Assembly: GCA_964016885.1 (NCBI GenBank)
Contig: OZ024761.1
Span: forward strand, 6,448,001 to 6,512,000
From: Eledone cirrhosa
Taxonomy: Eukaryota
Direction of reading: 5' to 3'
Length of the DNA: 64,000 bases
In this document: one piece after another, positions 40,761-56,725 of the stretch
How the letters are laid out: the number at the start of each line of letters is the position of its first letter
Numbering within the stretch: the first letter of the stretch is position 1
The notes under the pieces: generated by a model
Told to the model about the DNA's origin: nothing
Database searches by the model: none
The model's input: only the letters and a program-made list of their open reading frames with translations
Program-made: the position numbers and the translations under genes

Positions 40761-42135
40761 TAATGATATTAGTAGTGAGCAAACTAAAAGTTGCAACTGT
40801 CCGGATAGATCATCGTGCCCCCTCAACAACAGATGCCGAGAACGGTCTATCAGTGGTCTACCAGTGCAATGTGAGGACGGAACACTCCAACAAGGCCTAC
40901 ATCGGATTAACCGCTTGCGATTTTAAGAGGCGGTGTTACCAATACCAACTTCATTTAGCAACCTGGCCTGGCGACATGCAACGGCACTTTAGGGCCAAAT
41001 TTGGGAAAATAACATCACCTACCATCTAAGTTGGAGCATACTTTCCAAGGCAAAATCTTACTCGTGAGGACGCCGTCCGTGTAATTTGTGCTCGGAGGAA
41101 ACGATCCAAATGCTGTTTACAAAGGACCAACTCTTAAACAAAAAGAATGAACGTGTTACCTCGTGTAAACACAGACTACATAGGACATATCTTACCTTCA
41201 GACCCCCTCACGACCCAGGTGGGTAGACTTCGGCTGTATCTCTTTCTTATTTACAAACTAAGATAGAGGAAGCCCCAAGCATATTTAGGTAGAAGTAGAC
41301 ATGTTTTCTTTTCTTTCTTCTTTTCTTTTTTCTTCATTAGATACAAACTCTAATTAAACTTAGACGGATCATTGCATATCTACACTATTATATTCAGTTT
41401 CCATTCTTCCTTAGGTTAACCCAAATATTTTCACTCTTGTTAAATATACATAGTACCGGCCGAACACATAGTCAGAGGGGTTTTTTTTTTTGGCGGGGGG
41501 GGGGGGGGGGGGTATCATTATGGAAGATAATATTGATAAATTACTACATTGAGGTATAACTAAATATTATTTATTAAGAATTTAATTAACGTTAATATCT
41601 ATATGGTTTGCTCTTTAGCCAACTGTTAGACCTGGCATACTTACTTTCACTCTACAACATTCCTTGATTCACATATGCTGATTTTACCCCATTAGAGATA
41701 GTTGTAAAGAATTCTCTCTTAACGTATGACCTGGCCTGGCACCCACAGGTCAGGGTGTCATTTTATTCCCTCCCCTTTGTTCTACAGGTTAAGTTCAACC
41801 GCCCCACCCCCTACCACTATGAAGGAATTTAACCATGTACATGACATCCCAAAATCATTGACCTTTCCTCCTGACAGACAAGAAAAACAACAATTTTTAG
41901 GATTGTTTGATTTGATATTTCTACTTTGTTTGATTGCATGCCCATATATGGACTGTACCCCTTGATAAGTTCAGTTAGGTCCCTGCCGTTCTAGTACTAC
42001 TGGTTTAGTTCGGATCTAGCTGTCGAAACGGCCAGAGCTCAGCCGTCGGGGTCCTCACTCTTTTCCTATTACCGACTCTACTACACTAAGTATCGAGTAC
42101 TCTGGTGCATTATGGTCCATCTGGTATCTTACACT
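40761..42135 (+). mobile_element. PLE family E 3' part: degraded GIY-YIG, 3' UTR and HHR
   Basis: VVYQCNV...AYIGLTACDFKRR, WSIL, CNLC..E, LNKKNE...CKH; degenerate HHR at 41957-42052 (acccc-ttgataa...GAAACGGC...GCCGTC-ggggt). Confidence 0.75.
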
Positions 42136-42140
42136 TTCTT

Positions 42141-42204
<64 letters not shown>

Positions 42205-42206
<2 letters not shown>

Positions 42207-42390
42207 GTTTCTACGTTAGGCACAAGGCCAGAAAATATCCAGTGCATTACTGGTACTTTATTTTATCGACCCCGTAAGGATGAAAGGCAAAGTTAACCTT
42301 GGCGGGATTTGAATTCAGAAAGGCAAGGGCCGTATGTCTATACTTCAAAGTATGGCGTCCGACCCTCTACCAATACTGCCAATCCACCGC
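42205..42390 (-). mobile_element. Meta-type SINE
   Basis: As in the other copies. Confidence 0.8.
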
Positions 42391-42392
42391 CT

Positions 42393-42858
42393 TTATATAA
42401 TATATATATAATATATTATATATATATAATATATATAATATATATATATATATTATATATATTATACATATATATATATAATATATATATATATATTATA
42501 TATATTATACATATATATATATAATATATATATAATATATATATATTATATGTATAATATATATATATATAATACATATATATAATATATATATAATATA
42601 TATATAATATATAAATGAAAGGTATAGAAAATATTGTAGCAAAAAGCCAATATATATATATATAATATATATATATATATATAATATATATATATATATA
42701 TAATATATATATATTATATAATATATATATATTATATATATATATAATATATATATATTATATAATATATATATATTATATATATATACAATATATATAT
42801 ATTATATAATATATATAGATATATTATATAATATATATATATATTATTATATATATAT

Positions 42859-42943
<85 letters not shown>

Positions 42944-43272
42944 TATATATATATTATATGTATATATAATATATATATTATATGTATATATAATATATAT
43001 ATTATATGTATATATAATATATATATTATATATATATAATATATATATATTATATATATATAATATATATATATAATATATATATAATATATATATATAA
43101 TATATATATAATATATATATATAATATATATATATAATATATACATAATATATATATAATATATATATATAATATATATATAATATATATATAATATATA
43201 TATATAATATATATATATAATATATATATATAATATATATATAATATATAATATAATATATATATATAATAT

Positions 43273-43315
<43 letters not shown>

Positions 43316-43364
43316 TATATATATATATATATAAAATATATATATATATATATATATAAAATAT

Positions 43365-43396
<32 letters not shown>

Positions 43397-44410
43397 ATAT
43401 ATATATAATATATATATATGTATATATATATAATATATATATAATATATATATATGTATGTATATATTATATATATATATAATATATATATATGTATATA
43501 TATATATATTATATGTATATATAATATATATATAATATATATATATAATATATATATAATATATATATATAATATATATATTATATAATGTATATATATA
43601 TATAATATATATATATATAATATATATATATAAACGGAAAAAATGAAACGAAATTTCATATAATATATATATAATATATATATATAATATATATATAATA
43701 TATAATATATATATAATATATAATATATATATATATATAATATATATATAATATATAATATATATATATATATATATAATATATATAATATATATATATA
43801 TATAATATATATAATATATATATATATATAATATATATATAATATATATATATAATATATATATAATATATATATATAATATATATATATAATATATATA
43901 TAATATATAATATATATATAATATATATATATAATATATATATAATATATATATATAATATATATATATATAATATATAATATATAATATATATATATAA
44001 TATATATATAATATATAATATATATATATAATATATATATAATATATAATATATATATATAATATATATATAATATATATATATATATAAATATATATAA
44101 ATATATAATATATAATATATATATAAATATATAATATATAATATATATATATAATATATATATATAATATATATATATAATATATATATATAATATATAT
44201 ATATAATATATATATATAATATATATATATAATATATATATATAATATATATATATAATATATATATATAATATATATATATAATATATATATATAATAT
44301 ATATATATAATATATATATATAATATATATATATAATATATATATATAATATATATATATAATATATATATATAATATATATATATAATATATATATATA
44401 TATATACATA
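42393..44410. repeat. About 2 kb (TA)n/TAA-interrupted AT tract
   Basis: Direct inspection. Confidence 0.95.
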
Positions 44411-45059
44411 TTTCGTTTCTGAATTTGTTTAGTAAGATTCTTTATCTGAAAACGTGTGTTGAAACCGATATTGTTATGCTTTGGGAGGGTCATGTTGCCA
44501 ATAAGAAACACACGCACCAGTTGCTTTCACTTCAATTTATTATAAATTAAATTTAAGAATTTATAAATTTCCGGTTTGTTGGTTGGTTCCACAACCGGAC
44601 GGTTGTTCATATATTGTCAAAGTTCTTTCGTCACACATTCTGTGACCTCTTCAGTGATTGAGGATTCTTTTCTTTGTTTTTGTTCCTCTCCTTTGTTCTG
44701 TCCTACGCCATCTTGTTTTTGTGTGTGTTGTGTGCTTAGTTTGCGCATGTGTTACATCCGGGTGTCTGTGTGTGTTTATATTTGTTTATTTATTTGTTTA
44801 TTTACATGTTACTGGTTGGTTGTTTGTTCTATGTGTGTGTGTGCGTTTTCATTTTGTCCTTAATTGTACGTTGTGATGTTGCTATTCCATTAATGCTTTC
44901 TATTTAATTTTGGTTGGAGTTCATTTATGTTTATTGCCTCTGTGATTTGTCTAAACATTGCGTCTTTTCTGTGTGTAGATTCTATTTTTATTTCTATGTT
45001 CTCTTATTTACCCTTATGTTCTAGTTTAGCATGTTGGTGGAGTACAGATGATTCTTTTC

Positions 45060-45060
<1 letters not shown>
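44411..45060 (-). mobile_element. PLE (relative of family A) 3' end with GIY-YIG C-terminus and HHR (44613-44660)
   Basis: RKESSVLHQHAKLEH...FRQITEAININELQPKLNRK with in-frame stops; CTGAAGA-g-gtcaca-gaatg-tgtgac-GAAAgaactt; (TA)n flanks. Confidence 0.8.
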
Positions 45061-45096
<36 letters not shown>

Positions 45097-45529
45097 ATAA
45101 AAATATATGAATGTATGTATGTATATATATCAGTACCATATATGACCCACGGGCACATGTTATAGATATAGATGACCCAGGGTCACATGTCATAGATCTA
45201 GATGACTCAGGGTTACACGTGTCAAGTACCATGTGACCCAGTCTCTATGTCAGCATGAGAATTACGTTAATGTTCTGTATGACTGGGTGAGGCGTTGTCG
45301 TGGCCAGGGGACTTGTGTGTTCCGTAAATAGCACAGATTTGACTGCTATTTCTAGCCTCCATCGATCTGAATATAAACAACATCGATCTGATGATGATCG
45401 ATCTCTGTTGTTTGAGAAGGCATGGAAAGGTCCTCCTCTGTCTAATTAAATACAGATATGATTACCAATTAGACCAACCTCATTAGGCTTATGGCAATTC
45501 ATCGCATTAAATATATACGACGAGTGCAT

Positions 45530-45920
45530 TGAGGTGGGCAGAGTTGGTGGAGCGCCGGACAAAAAGTTTTGTGGTATTTAGTTATGGCCCTTTACGCTCT
45601 GAGTTCAAAGGTCAAATCCCACTAAGGACAGCTTTTCTTTTTATTCTGCCGAAAGTCGATAAAATAAAATACCAGTAAAATACTGGGGTTGATTTATTCA
45701 ACTACCCCCCCCCCCCCGCCAATCACAATGGTATGGCATTGTGTCTAAATGAGAAATCATTTTTTAAGTTAAGGGCAGTGGATTGGCAGTAATCGGTAGA
45801 GCGTCGGACGATGTGCTTTGCGGTATGTAGTTACGCCCCTTTACGGTCTGAGTTCAAATCCCGCCGAGGTTAACTTTGCTTTTCATCCTTACGGGGTCGA
45901 TAAATAAAGTACCAGTAATG
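45530..45920 (+). mobile_element. Two Meta-type SINE copies (first diverged)
   Basis: B box gagttcaaa and central domain in both. Confidence 0.75.
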
Positions 45921-45924
45921 ACTT

Positions 45925-46625
45925 TCTAACACAAATATACACTAACACACACACTAACACAAACATATACACACTAACATTAACACACATACACTCTAAT
46001 ACACATACACGCTAACACACATACACACTAACACACACACACTAGCACACACACACTAACACATACACACTAACACACACACACACTAACACACACACTA
46101 ACACATACACACTAACACACACACTAACACACCTACACACTACACACACACACTAACACACCTACACACTAACACACATTAATACACCTACACACTAACA
46201 CACATACACACTACACACACACTAACACACCTACACACTAACACGCCTACACACTAACACACCTACACACTAACACACCTACACACTAACACACTACACA
46301 CACCTACACACCTACACACTAACACACTACACACACCTACACACTAACACACCTACACACTAACACACCTACACACTAACACACTACACACACCTACACA
46401 CCTACACACTAACACACTACACACACCTACACACTAACACACCTACACACTAACACACCTACACACTAACACACTACACACACCTACACACCTACACACT
46501 AACACACTACACACACCTACACACTAACACACTACACACTAACACACCTACACACTAACACACTACACACACCTACACACCTACACACTAACACACTACA
46601 CACACCTACACACCTACACACACAT
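45925..46625. repeat. (acactaacacacct)-type minisatellite
   Basis: Direct inspection. Confidence 0.9.
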
Positions 46626-47188
46626 AACTCTGTTCCTTCTAAATTTATTTGCAGCTTATTAAATCTATTTCTGTAATACATCTAAAATAAAGTTGTGAAT
46701 CTGACCCCTAACCTGACCCCTAAACCTTTCTAGACCCCTAATTAAGGTGACACCGACATAGTAGGCTCACCTATGTAATATTTAAACACTTTAGTACTAG
46801 TTATTACTGTTTATCTATAAACACTTTATTAGTGGGATGGGGTAGGGGTAGACAGATTAGACATTTCTAATTGTCGTTTCTGACTGTCTCAAGTGTGTCT
46901 GTGTGGATATATACATACATATATATATATATTTATTATATATATATATTAGTAATAATAATAAATGTGAAGACTAAAGTGTATGTTTATATATATATAT
47001 ATATATATATATTAGTAATAATAATAAATATGAGGACTAAAGTGTATATATATATATGCAAAAGTTCTATTTAAAATTGTTGGGATACAACAAGTAAATA
47101 TTTTATAACTGATATAAAGCACTCAACAAGTTTTTGTATAATGAAATAAATATGGTTTTATAAATATAGTTTCCATTTATTTAATATC

Positions 47189-47246
<58 letters not shown>

Positions 47247-47947
47247 GAAGTAATTCTGTCGGAAAGGTCCAGGAAAAAAGAGTGCTCTATGTAGGTTACA
47301 GAGCTTATTAGTTATGTAATAAACAACATAAGATAATTATTTCATTTACCAGTGGTTTCTTGAAAGTAAACAAATTTGCTTTCAGTCATCAGAATGAAAA
47401 AAATCCAGGTGTTTTTATTGAATGTGGATTTGACAAACAAAAATATAATAAATATGAAAGTGAGTCTGGAGGAAAAAGAAGAAAACGAGAAAAAGAATAA
47501 TAAATATATAAGTATATAAACACACACACACACACACACGCACATATACATATATGTACATATATATATATAAACATACATACACATACACATAAATACA
47601 CAAACACATATATATACATATACATACACATATATACACACATACATACGCACACACACATATATATATATATACACACACACACACGCATAATTATAAG
47701 AATAAATAAAAATCAATAAACAAACATATACATATACTGAAATAAGCAGTCACATACAATGCTAAGACAAAATACATATACATGAAATCAAAATGAAGTC
47801 AAATATAAAAAATAAAAAATAAGAAAATAAAAAAATTATTAAGTTGACAGCGATACGAAAGAGCAGAAAGACACAAATAAAAATAAATAAACAAACACAC
47901 GTGGTAAGCAAATGCACAAAATAAAATATATATATGTATATATATAT

Positions 47948-48432
47948 GCAAAAGTTTTATTTAAAATTGTTGGGGTCCAACAAGTAAATATTTTATAACT
48001 GATATAAAGCACTCGATAAGTTTTTGGAGTAGATATACGATATTAAACAAATGGAAACTATATTTATAAAACCATATTTATTTCATTATACATATTTCAG
48101 ACAGCTTCCAAAAATAATGGTCGCTTATAATAGGGTACGTCAAAATTATTTATAAAACTGTTTATATATTGTATTTTATCTGACGAAGGCATGCCATATT
48201 TTAATATGGTATCCCTGAAATATGTATAATGAAATAAATATGGTAATACGATATATTAACAAATGGAAACTATATTTATAAAACCATATTTATTTCATTA
48301 TACATATTTCAAGGACACCAAGTTAAATTATGGTGTGCTTTCATCAGATAAAATATAATATAGATCAGTTTTATAAATAAATATTGACATACCCTTAAAG
48401 AATGCAACCATTTCTGTTGGAAGCTCCCGGAT
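47948..48432. mobile_element. PLE-type family B termini in inverted arrangement with two HHR motifs (48173-48235 +, 48292-48354 -)
   Basis: attttat-CTGACGA...GAAA-tatgta-TA-atgaaat on plus; attttat-CTGATGA-aagcacacca...tggtgtcctt-GAAA-tatgta-TA-atgaaat on minus; matches 100-270 and 47058-47190. Confidence 0.8.
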
Positions 48433-48923
48433 AGTATATATACATATATATACATGCATACACATACATACATACACATACATAGAAAAATACACACATA
48501 TAATTATATACAGTACAAACATATACACAGATAAGTGTATACATACAAATACATATACGCACACACATAATTACGTACATGTATGCATTCATACATATAT
48601 ATATATATACACATATATATATATACATATATACACACATATATATAAAAACATACACACACATATACATACTCACATGCATACACATTAATACGCAAGC
48701 ATATACCCACAATCACACGTATAGGTACATATATATAAATGTGGGTGAATATACATATATCGAAAAACATATATATAAAAATAATTACTTATATATAAAA
48801 AAAACATATATATAAAAAGATATACATACATACACACATACGCATAAGTACGTACACTTACATACGCACGCACACATATATATATATATACACACATAAT
48901 ACATACTCACACACACATATATT

Positions 48924-48956
<33 letters not shown>

Positions 48957-49224
48957 ATAATATATATATATATTATATATTATATATATATATATATATA
49001 TAATATATATATATTATATATATATATATAATATATATATATATTATATATATATTATATATATATATATATATATAATATATATATATATAATATATAT
49101 ATATATAATATATATATATATAATATATATATTATATATATATATATTATATATAATATATATATTATATATATATATATTATATATAATATATATATAT
49201 ATTATATATATATTATATATATAT

Positions 49225-49256
<32 letters not shown>

Positions 49257-49635
49257 ATATATTATATACATTATATATATATTATATAAAAAGATATACA
49301 TACATACACACATACGCATAAGTACGTACACATACATACGCATTCACATACATATATATATATAATAAAAAAAGTGGAAGGGGTATTCAAATAGTTTGAA
49401 ATACGACAAATAATAAAGATATAAATGTTTATAGCTGATTTAGAGCACTCAACAGTTCCTGGAGTAAATATTCAATGATAATAAACATTTAATAACTTTG
49501 TATATAATTATGTATATATATACATATATATACACACACACATACATATACATACAAATATATATATATATACACACACACACACATATACATAAAGTTA
49601 CATCACCACATAAATAAAAATACACAAACACACAC

Positions 49636-49670
<35 letters not shown>

Positions 49671-49815
49671 TATACATATATATACATATACATAAACAAC
49701 TATACATACATATACAAACACACATATATATATATATATACATATATATACACATATATATAAAATTATATATATGTATATATATATATATATATATAAA
49801 ATTATATATATGTGC

Positions 49816-49846
<31 letters not shown>

Positions 49847-49884
49847 AAATTATATATATGTGCATATATATATACATAAATATA

Positions 49885-51575
49885 GTAATAATAATAAAAT
49901 TGCAGACTAAAATCCAGAGAGGGCTCGATAAGGAAAATATATATCAAATATATAAGAACCGAAGAGCAAATATTTATTAAAATAACAGATTAAAGTTTAA
50001 GCAAAGAATCGCTGCTTTCACCCTTAACGGGATCTTGTGAAACTAACAAAGTCAATCTGTAAACGCAGAACTGGATATTTCAAAAAACGTTGCAACCGGT
50101 GAAAAGCAAGCGGTGAAAAACAAAAACGTGCAAGGACAGAACCACGTTTATGGTATAAAAGAGGTCGTAGACTAATGCCTCTCTAGTAACATTGTCTACA
50201 AATGTAAGGTTGTAACACCCACGTCCCGTAGGGCCTACATAGGGTTAACCGCCAATAGTTTCAAGCAGCGTCTTTACATGCATACCCATTCTTTTCGTTA
50301 CCCTCTAAGAAGGAATATGACGTCACTTTCAGCTTATATCTGGAGTCTAAAAGACAACCACACCAATATAAGTTACACTGGGAGATCCTAGCTAGGGCTA
50401 GATCGTATTACGGAAATAAAAGACCATGTGACCTCTGCGCCGCTGAGGCCCTGGAAATACTCTACGCCACAGACCACATCTTAAACAAAAAATCTGAGGC
50501 AATTTCGGCTTGTAAACATAAATTGCACAAAACTTTCCTGTATTACAGCCCTACGTTATACCCTAACGGATAGCACGATCTATACGTGGATATTTACGTC
50601 TTGATGTGGGAGCTAAGTATATGTTTTGTTTATTCCTTTACTTATTTGCATAGGTAAGTATATATTACCCGTATGTTTTGTGAAGGTATGTATACCTTCT
50701 CGTACGTATATTTGACTGTCTTGGCGTATAATTTTTACATATTCTGGTATTTAGGGCTTGGTTATGTGTATTTGGGAGTTTTGCGTCTGCGTGAGTATGC
50801 AGGTTCGTACGTATGGTGGGTGTGTGTATATGTGTACTTCTTGTTTTAGTTGACTTACGTCTCCGAACCTTCTTGTATTTATTTGTAGGTATGTGTGTGC
50901 GCTTGTTATATACGTATTTATTTACTTATATACGTTTATATAATTATTTATTTATTTGTACACAAGCATACACACATACACATATTTATATGTGCGTGGT
51001 TTTGTATACCTATGGTAAGGTTTTGCGTATGCTTGTGTATGTACGTATCTGTTTGCGTGTATGTATTTATTTGTTCCTATTACTTCTGTATTGTATTTAT
51101 TTACTTTGTTATTAACTCTGTAGCGGAGATTCATTCGGTCTCCTAGTTAGAATTTTAGTCTACGACTTCTGCTATACCATTTACGTGGTTTTGTCTTTGC
51201 ACGCTATTGTTCTCCACGTTCCACATATGACTTATTATCTTCGTTTTTTCGTTCATTGCCAGAGAACGTCTCTATGCACCACTTAGAGAACATTAGTCTA
51301 CGACCTCTTTTATACCATAAACGTGGTTCTGTCCTTGCACGTTTTTGTTTTTCACCGCTCCTATTAATGACGTATTATTCGTTTTTTCCCGTTCTTTGCC
51401 AGCGAACGTCACCATGAACCAAAGTATCGTCTTCCTGTCTTCCTCCGGTTGCAACGTTTTTTGAAATATCCAGTTCTGCGTTTACAGATTGACTTTGTTA
51501 GTTTCAGAAGATCCCGTTAAGGGTGAAAGCAGCGATTCTTTGCTTAAACTTTAATCTGTTATTTTAATAAATATA
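49885..51575 (+). mobile_element. PLE family C: inverted 3' arm, GIY-YIG remnant, 3' UTR and HHR (51500-51550)
   Basis: NIVYKCKV...AYIGLTANSFKQR...LSAYIWSLK...CDLCAAE at 50175-50573; 49968-50177 is an inverted, internally deleted copy of 51291-51574. Confidence 0.85.
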
Positions 51576-51576
51576 C

Positions 51577-51638
<62 letters not shown>

Positions 51639-52327
51639 GATCGAGTATCGAAAAATCGGCGCACGAGTTAACGAAAAACGAAATCCGATATGAGCGGCAG
51701 AGGGCTCAATAATTCAGATGAATCAGAGCTATAACTATCGTTAAAATACCGTCACATATAGAACAAGTCTACAATCAACCATACGATTTAAAATCGATAA
51801 AGGAAGATTCGGGCCAAACGGATAAAAAATATCAATAAAACAATACGTCAATAATTTAAATGAATGTAAAATCATACCCGGACCCACTAGAAAGGTGTTA
51901 AATCTAGCTTCATGGGTTTCTGTAAATCCTAAGACAGTACTCCATCAGCTCACATATAAATATAAAAGCCTACTAGAATAAGTGGAAAGGAATTTACGTT
52001 GTCATATAAACAAATATACATAATACACAAACACATATACATAAACATGCATATTCACGCACAAAAATTACATACTCGCAAAAGCTCACACACATATATA
52101 TATACATACACATACATATATACATATATACACACACACACATACATATACATACATACACACAGAAATAAATATCTATAAATAAAAAATAGGTGGGTGT
52201 GTAAAGGGTAAGGTAGAAAGTAGTGGGGGAATAAGAAAAATAAATAACATAGGAAAACAGTTTAAATATAAGAGGAGATAAGGGAGAAAAAGAATATAAG
52301 GGTACAGAAAGTGAGTTCAGAGAGTAC

Positions 52328-52475
52328 TAGTCAGCTAGATCCCGACACGAAACGGTGTCGAAACGGCCGGAGCTCAGCCGTCGGGGTCCTGACTCTTTTC
52401 CTATTACCCACTCTACTACCCTAAGTATCGAGTATTCTGGTGGGTTACGGGCCATCTGGTTTCTTACCACACCTT
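52328..52475 (+). mobile_element. PLE family E 3' end
   Basis: Matches 42015-42135 and 63040-63227. Confidence 0.65.
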
Positions 52476-52477
52476 CT

Positions 52478-53375
52478 GTGTTGCACGGGATAAGGTATTT
52501 TGCAACGCGGGCTGTCAACAGACCTAATCGTGGAAAAACTGCATGCCTGGGCAATATGTAAAGAAAATAAACCGAATACTCTGATGGCTGGATAATCTTT
52601 AAGGTTTTCCTCGATGAAGCAGGAAAATGCAGGTTTTCACCTAATGCGGGCCCTAGGGGTTCAAGAAAATGAATTTTTTTAATGTGCGTAATATGCTTTG
52701 AAATTTCGGGACAATCGGCTAGACGTAACGCCTCCAAAAAGCCATAAAAAGCTGAAAAAATGAAGTTTTTCCACTTAATGCGGCCCTAGGCCATAAAAAA
52801 GTTGGATTTTCTTTGCTCACGGTATGAAGAAGAGACTGACTAATACATAGTTACAATTCAAGGAAATCGGTCTGAAATTAGCCTTAAAAAAAAACTAAAA
52901 AGCTTGAACAACGCAGTTTTTCACCTAATGCGGGCCCTAGGAGATCAAAATGTTGAATTTTATGTGCGTATCACTCCCTGAAACATAAGTAATACACGTG
53001 TAAAGTTTGAAAAAAAAGTCGGTTGGGTACTTCTCGAGTTTTAGGGATTCAAACTCACAGACACACACAGAGACAGACATCCTCGGGGGAAGTGACGTAA
53101 TGCAGACAACCAGACATACAGACAGATATTATAAGGGCGCGACGTTATATGTATGTATCCATCTAAAAAGAGAAAGACTAAGAATTATAAAGAGAGATCG
53201 CTAAATCGCCTAATGCGGTCCCTAGGGCATTGAAAATTTGAAATAATTTTTTGCTCAGAACACTCCCTGAAACATAAGTATTACATGTGTAAAGTTTGAA
53301 AGCAGTCGGTTGGGTGCTTCTCGAGTTTTAGGGATTCAAACTCACACACACACACAGACATCCTCAGTTTTATTT
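52478..53375 (+). mobile_element. Helitron/Helentron-like non-autonomous element
   Basis: Homologous to 22925-23995. Confidence 0.6.
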
Positions 53376-53587
53376 TTCATTCATATATATTTTTATTTGT
53401 CTGACCCGAATTTTCTTGGTCGTATTTTCGGCTGTGCGAATGATTGTTTAAGCATCGTCTCAGTGTGTTGGTATTAAACGTTAGTTATAGCTCTGGTTTA
53501 TCCAAACTATTGAGCACTTTGCCACACATTTCGAAGATTGTGTTTCGTTATTTCGTGGGCCGAGGTTCCGATTCTCGATAATTTATT

Positions 53588-53623
<36 letters not shown>

Positions 53624-54390
53624 TAAGTTTGAAGAATAGTCAGACAAAATTTATCAATTTTTTTTTCTCCCTCTTCCGTAGAAATCAACTAGATAAATAA
53701 TCATTTAAACGGAGTTAAGTTTAAGATATAACTTTGAAGAAATAACAGATAAATGTTATTGATACTCGTTTATGAGGAACAGTCAGATAATTTACCTAGT
53801 CTTTCCTCTTAGTCCGTAGAAATTAAATTAATAAACAGAGCTAATTAAACGGAGCTAATTTTAAAATGTAAGTTTGAAGAAAAAATAGATACATGTTTAC
53901 CAATAATCCTCTAGTTCCGACTGTCGACAGTTTCGCTTGTACTTTGTGGAAATGTCTAATCGTTGCATTATCTATGAGGCTCCAACCAAGCTTATTCAAA
54001 AGACTCCCTCAGTTAGGACTGATTTTTTTCCAAAGTAATCGCTGCCAGTAACAAATTCGAAAGGGGTGAAAATTATCACGTGGTCAGCAATCAAGATAGA
54101 TAGAAGTGTTGTGAAGAATAGACTGGTGGCCAGTAAGTTCATTGCTAGAAGCAGCAGTTAGTTACCGCCTAAATTTACTCAGTTGTAAGGGACAATAGAA
54201 CAAAGTCATAAGGAACACATATATATTTAAACATAGTCACAGATACATATATTAGTGCTGGCTACTTCAACGGTGTGACTCGATGGCTGAATGAATTACG
54301 TAAATATCAGAGATATATAAAATTATGTTTGAAAATAGTCAGACACAATTTATCCAAGTTTTTCTTCTTAGTCCGTAGAAATCAACTATA

Positions 54391-54435
<45 letters not shown>

Positions 54436-54468
54436 ATGTATATATATATATATATGTGTGTGTGTATG

Positions 54469-54499
<31 letters not shown>

Positions 54500-54582
54500 A
54501 TGTATATATATAATATATATGTGTGTGTGTGTATGTATATATATATATATATGTGTGTGTGTGTATGTTTATAATAATATAT

Positions 54583-55150
54583 ATGTATCCCAGTACAACC
54601 TGTCTCATGGTCGGGTCGTTGGCGACTAAACTGGCAACCCCACCAAGGTTTCTTGGTGAGGAGGGTGACTTTGGACATCCTGCAGGACTAAAACAAAACC
54701 TGTCAAAGGGCAAAGGAGCTCTTAAGAATCAATGGCCATCCAAAATCACCGGGAGAGATGACCCCTTAGCCTTTTTCAAGGCAGAATTCTAGGAGAAGGA
54801 AAACTCTGATATAACACCTGCAACCCTGATGATATCAATGATGTCGACTTGTTCTTCTTTTGGTAAATATCATCTTGGTTAAGAGAGTGGGACTGGATTT
54901 GTGCAGTGCCTTTGCTCACTATAAAAGCTTCACGCACAGGCATTGCTTTATATCTGGAGATCTCTCTGCACTTGGTCGTCACATGGTACCATGGGCCCAG
55001 CACTGTGTGTCAATAATTGTCACAAGTGTAGTGTTTGTACCAGAGTTTTCAAGTCGCTGGCTGACTAAAAAGTCACACTCGTTCAGCGCATTGGTAGGAG
55101 TTCTCCTACATCGATATAAATTAGTGGCCGTACTCGAAAACGAGTATGTA
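54583..55150 (+). mobile_element. Non-autonomous element X3 (copy of X1)
   Basis: Colinear with 11729-12295. Confidence 0.7.
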
Positions 55151-55284
55151 TGTATATATATGTGTGTATATGAATATATATGTGTACATATGTGTGTGTG
55201 TATATGTATATATATATATGTGTGTAGATGTATATATGTATATGTGTGTGTGTATATATATATATATATGTATATATATATACG

Positions 55285-55353
<69 letters not shown>

Positions 55354-55413
55354 AAAAGGTAAACAAACAACCAGAAACGGTACAGTAAATGGAAGAAATA
55401 TATAAGGTTTAAT

Positions 55414-55767
<354 letters not shown>

Positions 55768-56134
55768 GAACGTACGTGTGCGATATTTAAGTTTGTTCCA
55801 ATTTGTTTGATGACACCATTACACCTAAATCTCCGAAATAAATAACTGCAAATTCAACCTTTGTAAATTAGTCGAAGTTTCCAATATAATATCCTCGCTA
55901 AAGTCTTCAGTAACACCTGACCTTTCTCTAATTCCATCCTTTATCTCTTCCATCTTCCACTCTTCGGGAGCCATATTTAACTTATATCATATGTAGCACA
56001 ATTTTTTATTTTTTAAATTTTTTGTTGTTATTTTAATGTGTTAACCCATCTTTTGACATCCATATTTTGAAACCACCCTCGTATATTTAAATGACTTCCG
56101 TCTCTTATATTTAAATTTATTATTTACTATCAGA

Positions 56135-56725
56135 AGACGGTGGTTGGCAGTATCGGTAGAGTCGGATGCCATGCTTTGTAGCATAGAGTTACGCCCCTTT
56201 ATGATCCAAGTTCAAATCCCGCCGAGGTTAGCTTTGCCTTTCATCTTTATGGGGTCGATAAAATACAGCTCCAGTAATACCACTGGGATAATTGCTGGCC
56301 TTGTGCTAAAAGTAGAAATAGTTATTTACCATCTAAAGACGGTGTGTTGGCAGTATCGATAGAGCGTCGGACCAATATGCTGTGTGGCATAGAGTTATGG
56401 CCCTTTACGTTCTGGGTTCAAATCCCGCCGAGGTTAATTTGCCTTTCATCCTTACGGGGTCGATAAAATAAAGTACCAGTAATTGCACTGGTTCAATTAA
56501 TCGACTTTCCCCCCTTCAAATGTCTGTCTTGTAGTTAAATCAGAAACCATCACTTACAAATGGAAGGTGTCACATTGGCACAGTCGTTATAACGTTGGGT
56601 AGAATACTTTGATGTATTAGTTTCGGTTCTCTGCTCCCTTAGTTCAAATCCCACCAAGGTCAACGTTGATTTTTCAGCCTTCCAGATTGGTAAAAAGAAA
56701 ATTACCAATCCAGTACCTGGGGTAG
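56135..56725 (+). mobile_element. Three tandem Meta-type SINE copies
   Basis: gttcaaatccc B boxes at about 56210, 56416 and 56642. Confidence 0.75.

Noticed and set aside
42847-44517. 556-aa Ile/Tyr ORF and the many C/V/Y/I/H/T ORFs in the track
   Set aside because: Dinucleotide-repeat artefacts.
46700-46745. Telomere-like ccctaa units
   Set aside because: Only three degenerate, spaced copies.
51880-51955. HHR-like motif on minus upstream of the family D tail (ctgatgga...gaaaccca...tgggtc)
   Set aside because: Core deviates and stem I does not pair; left uncalled.
55825-55974. 49-aa acidic minus-strand ORF (MAPEEWKMEE...)
   Set aside because: Too short, no recognisable motif, weak splice signals.
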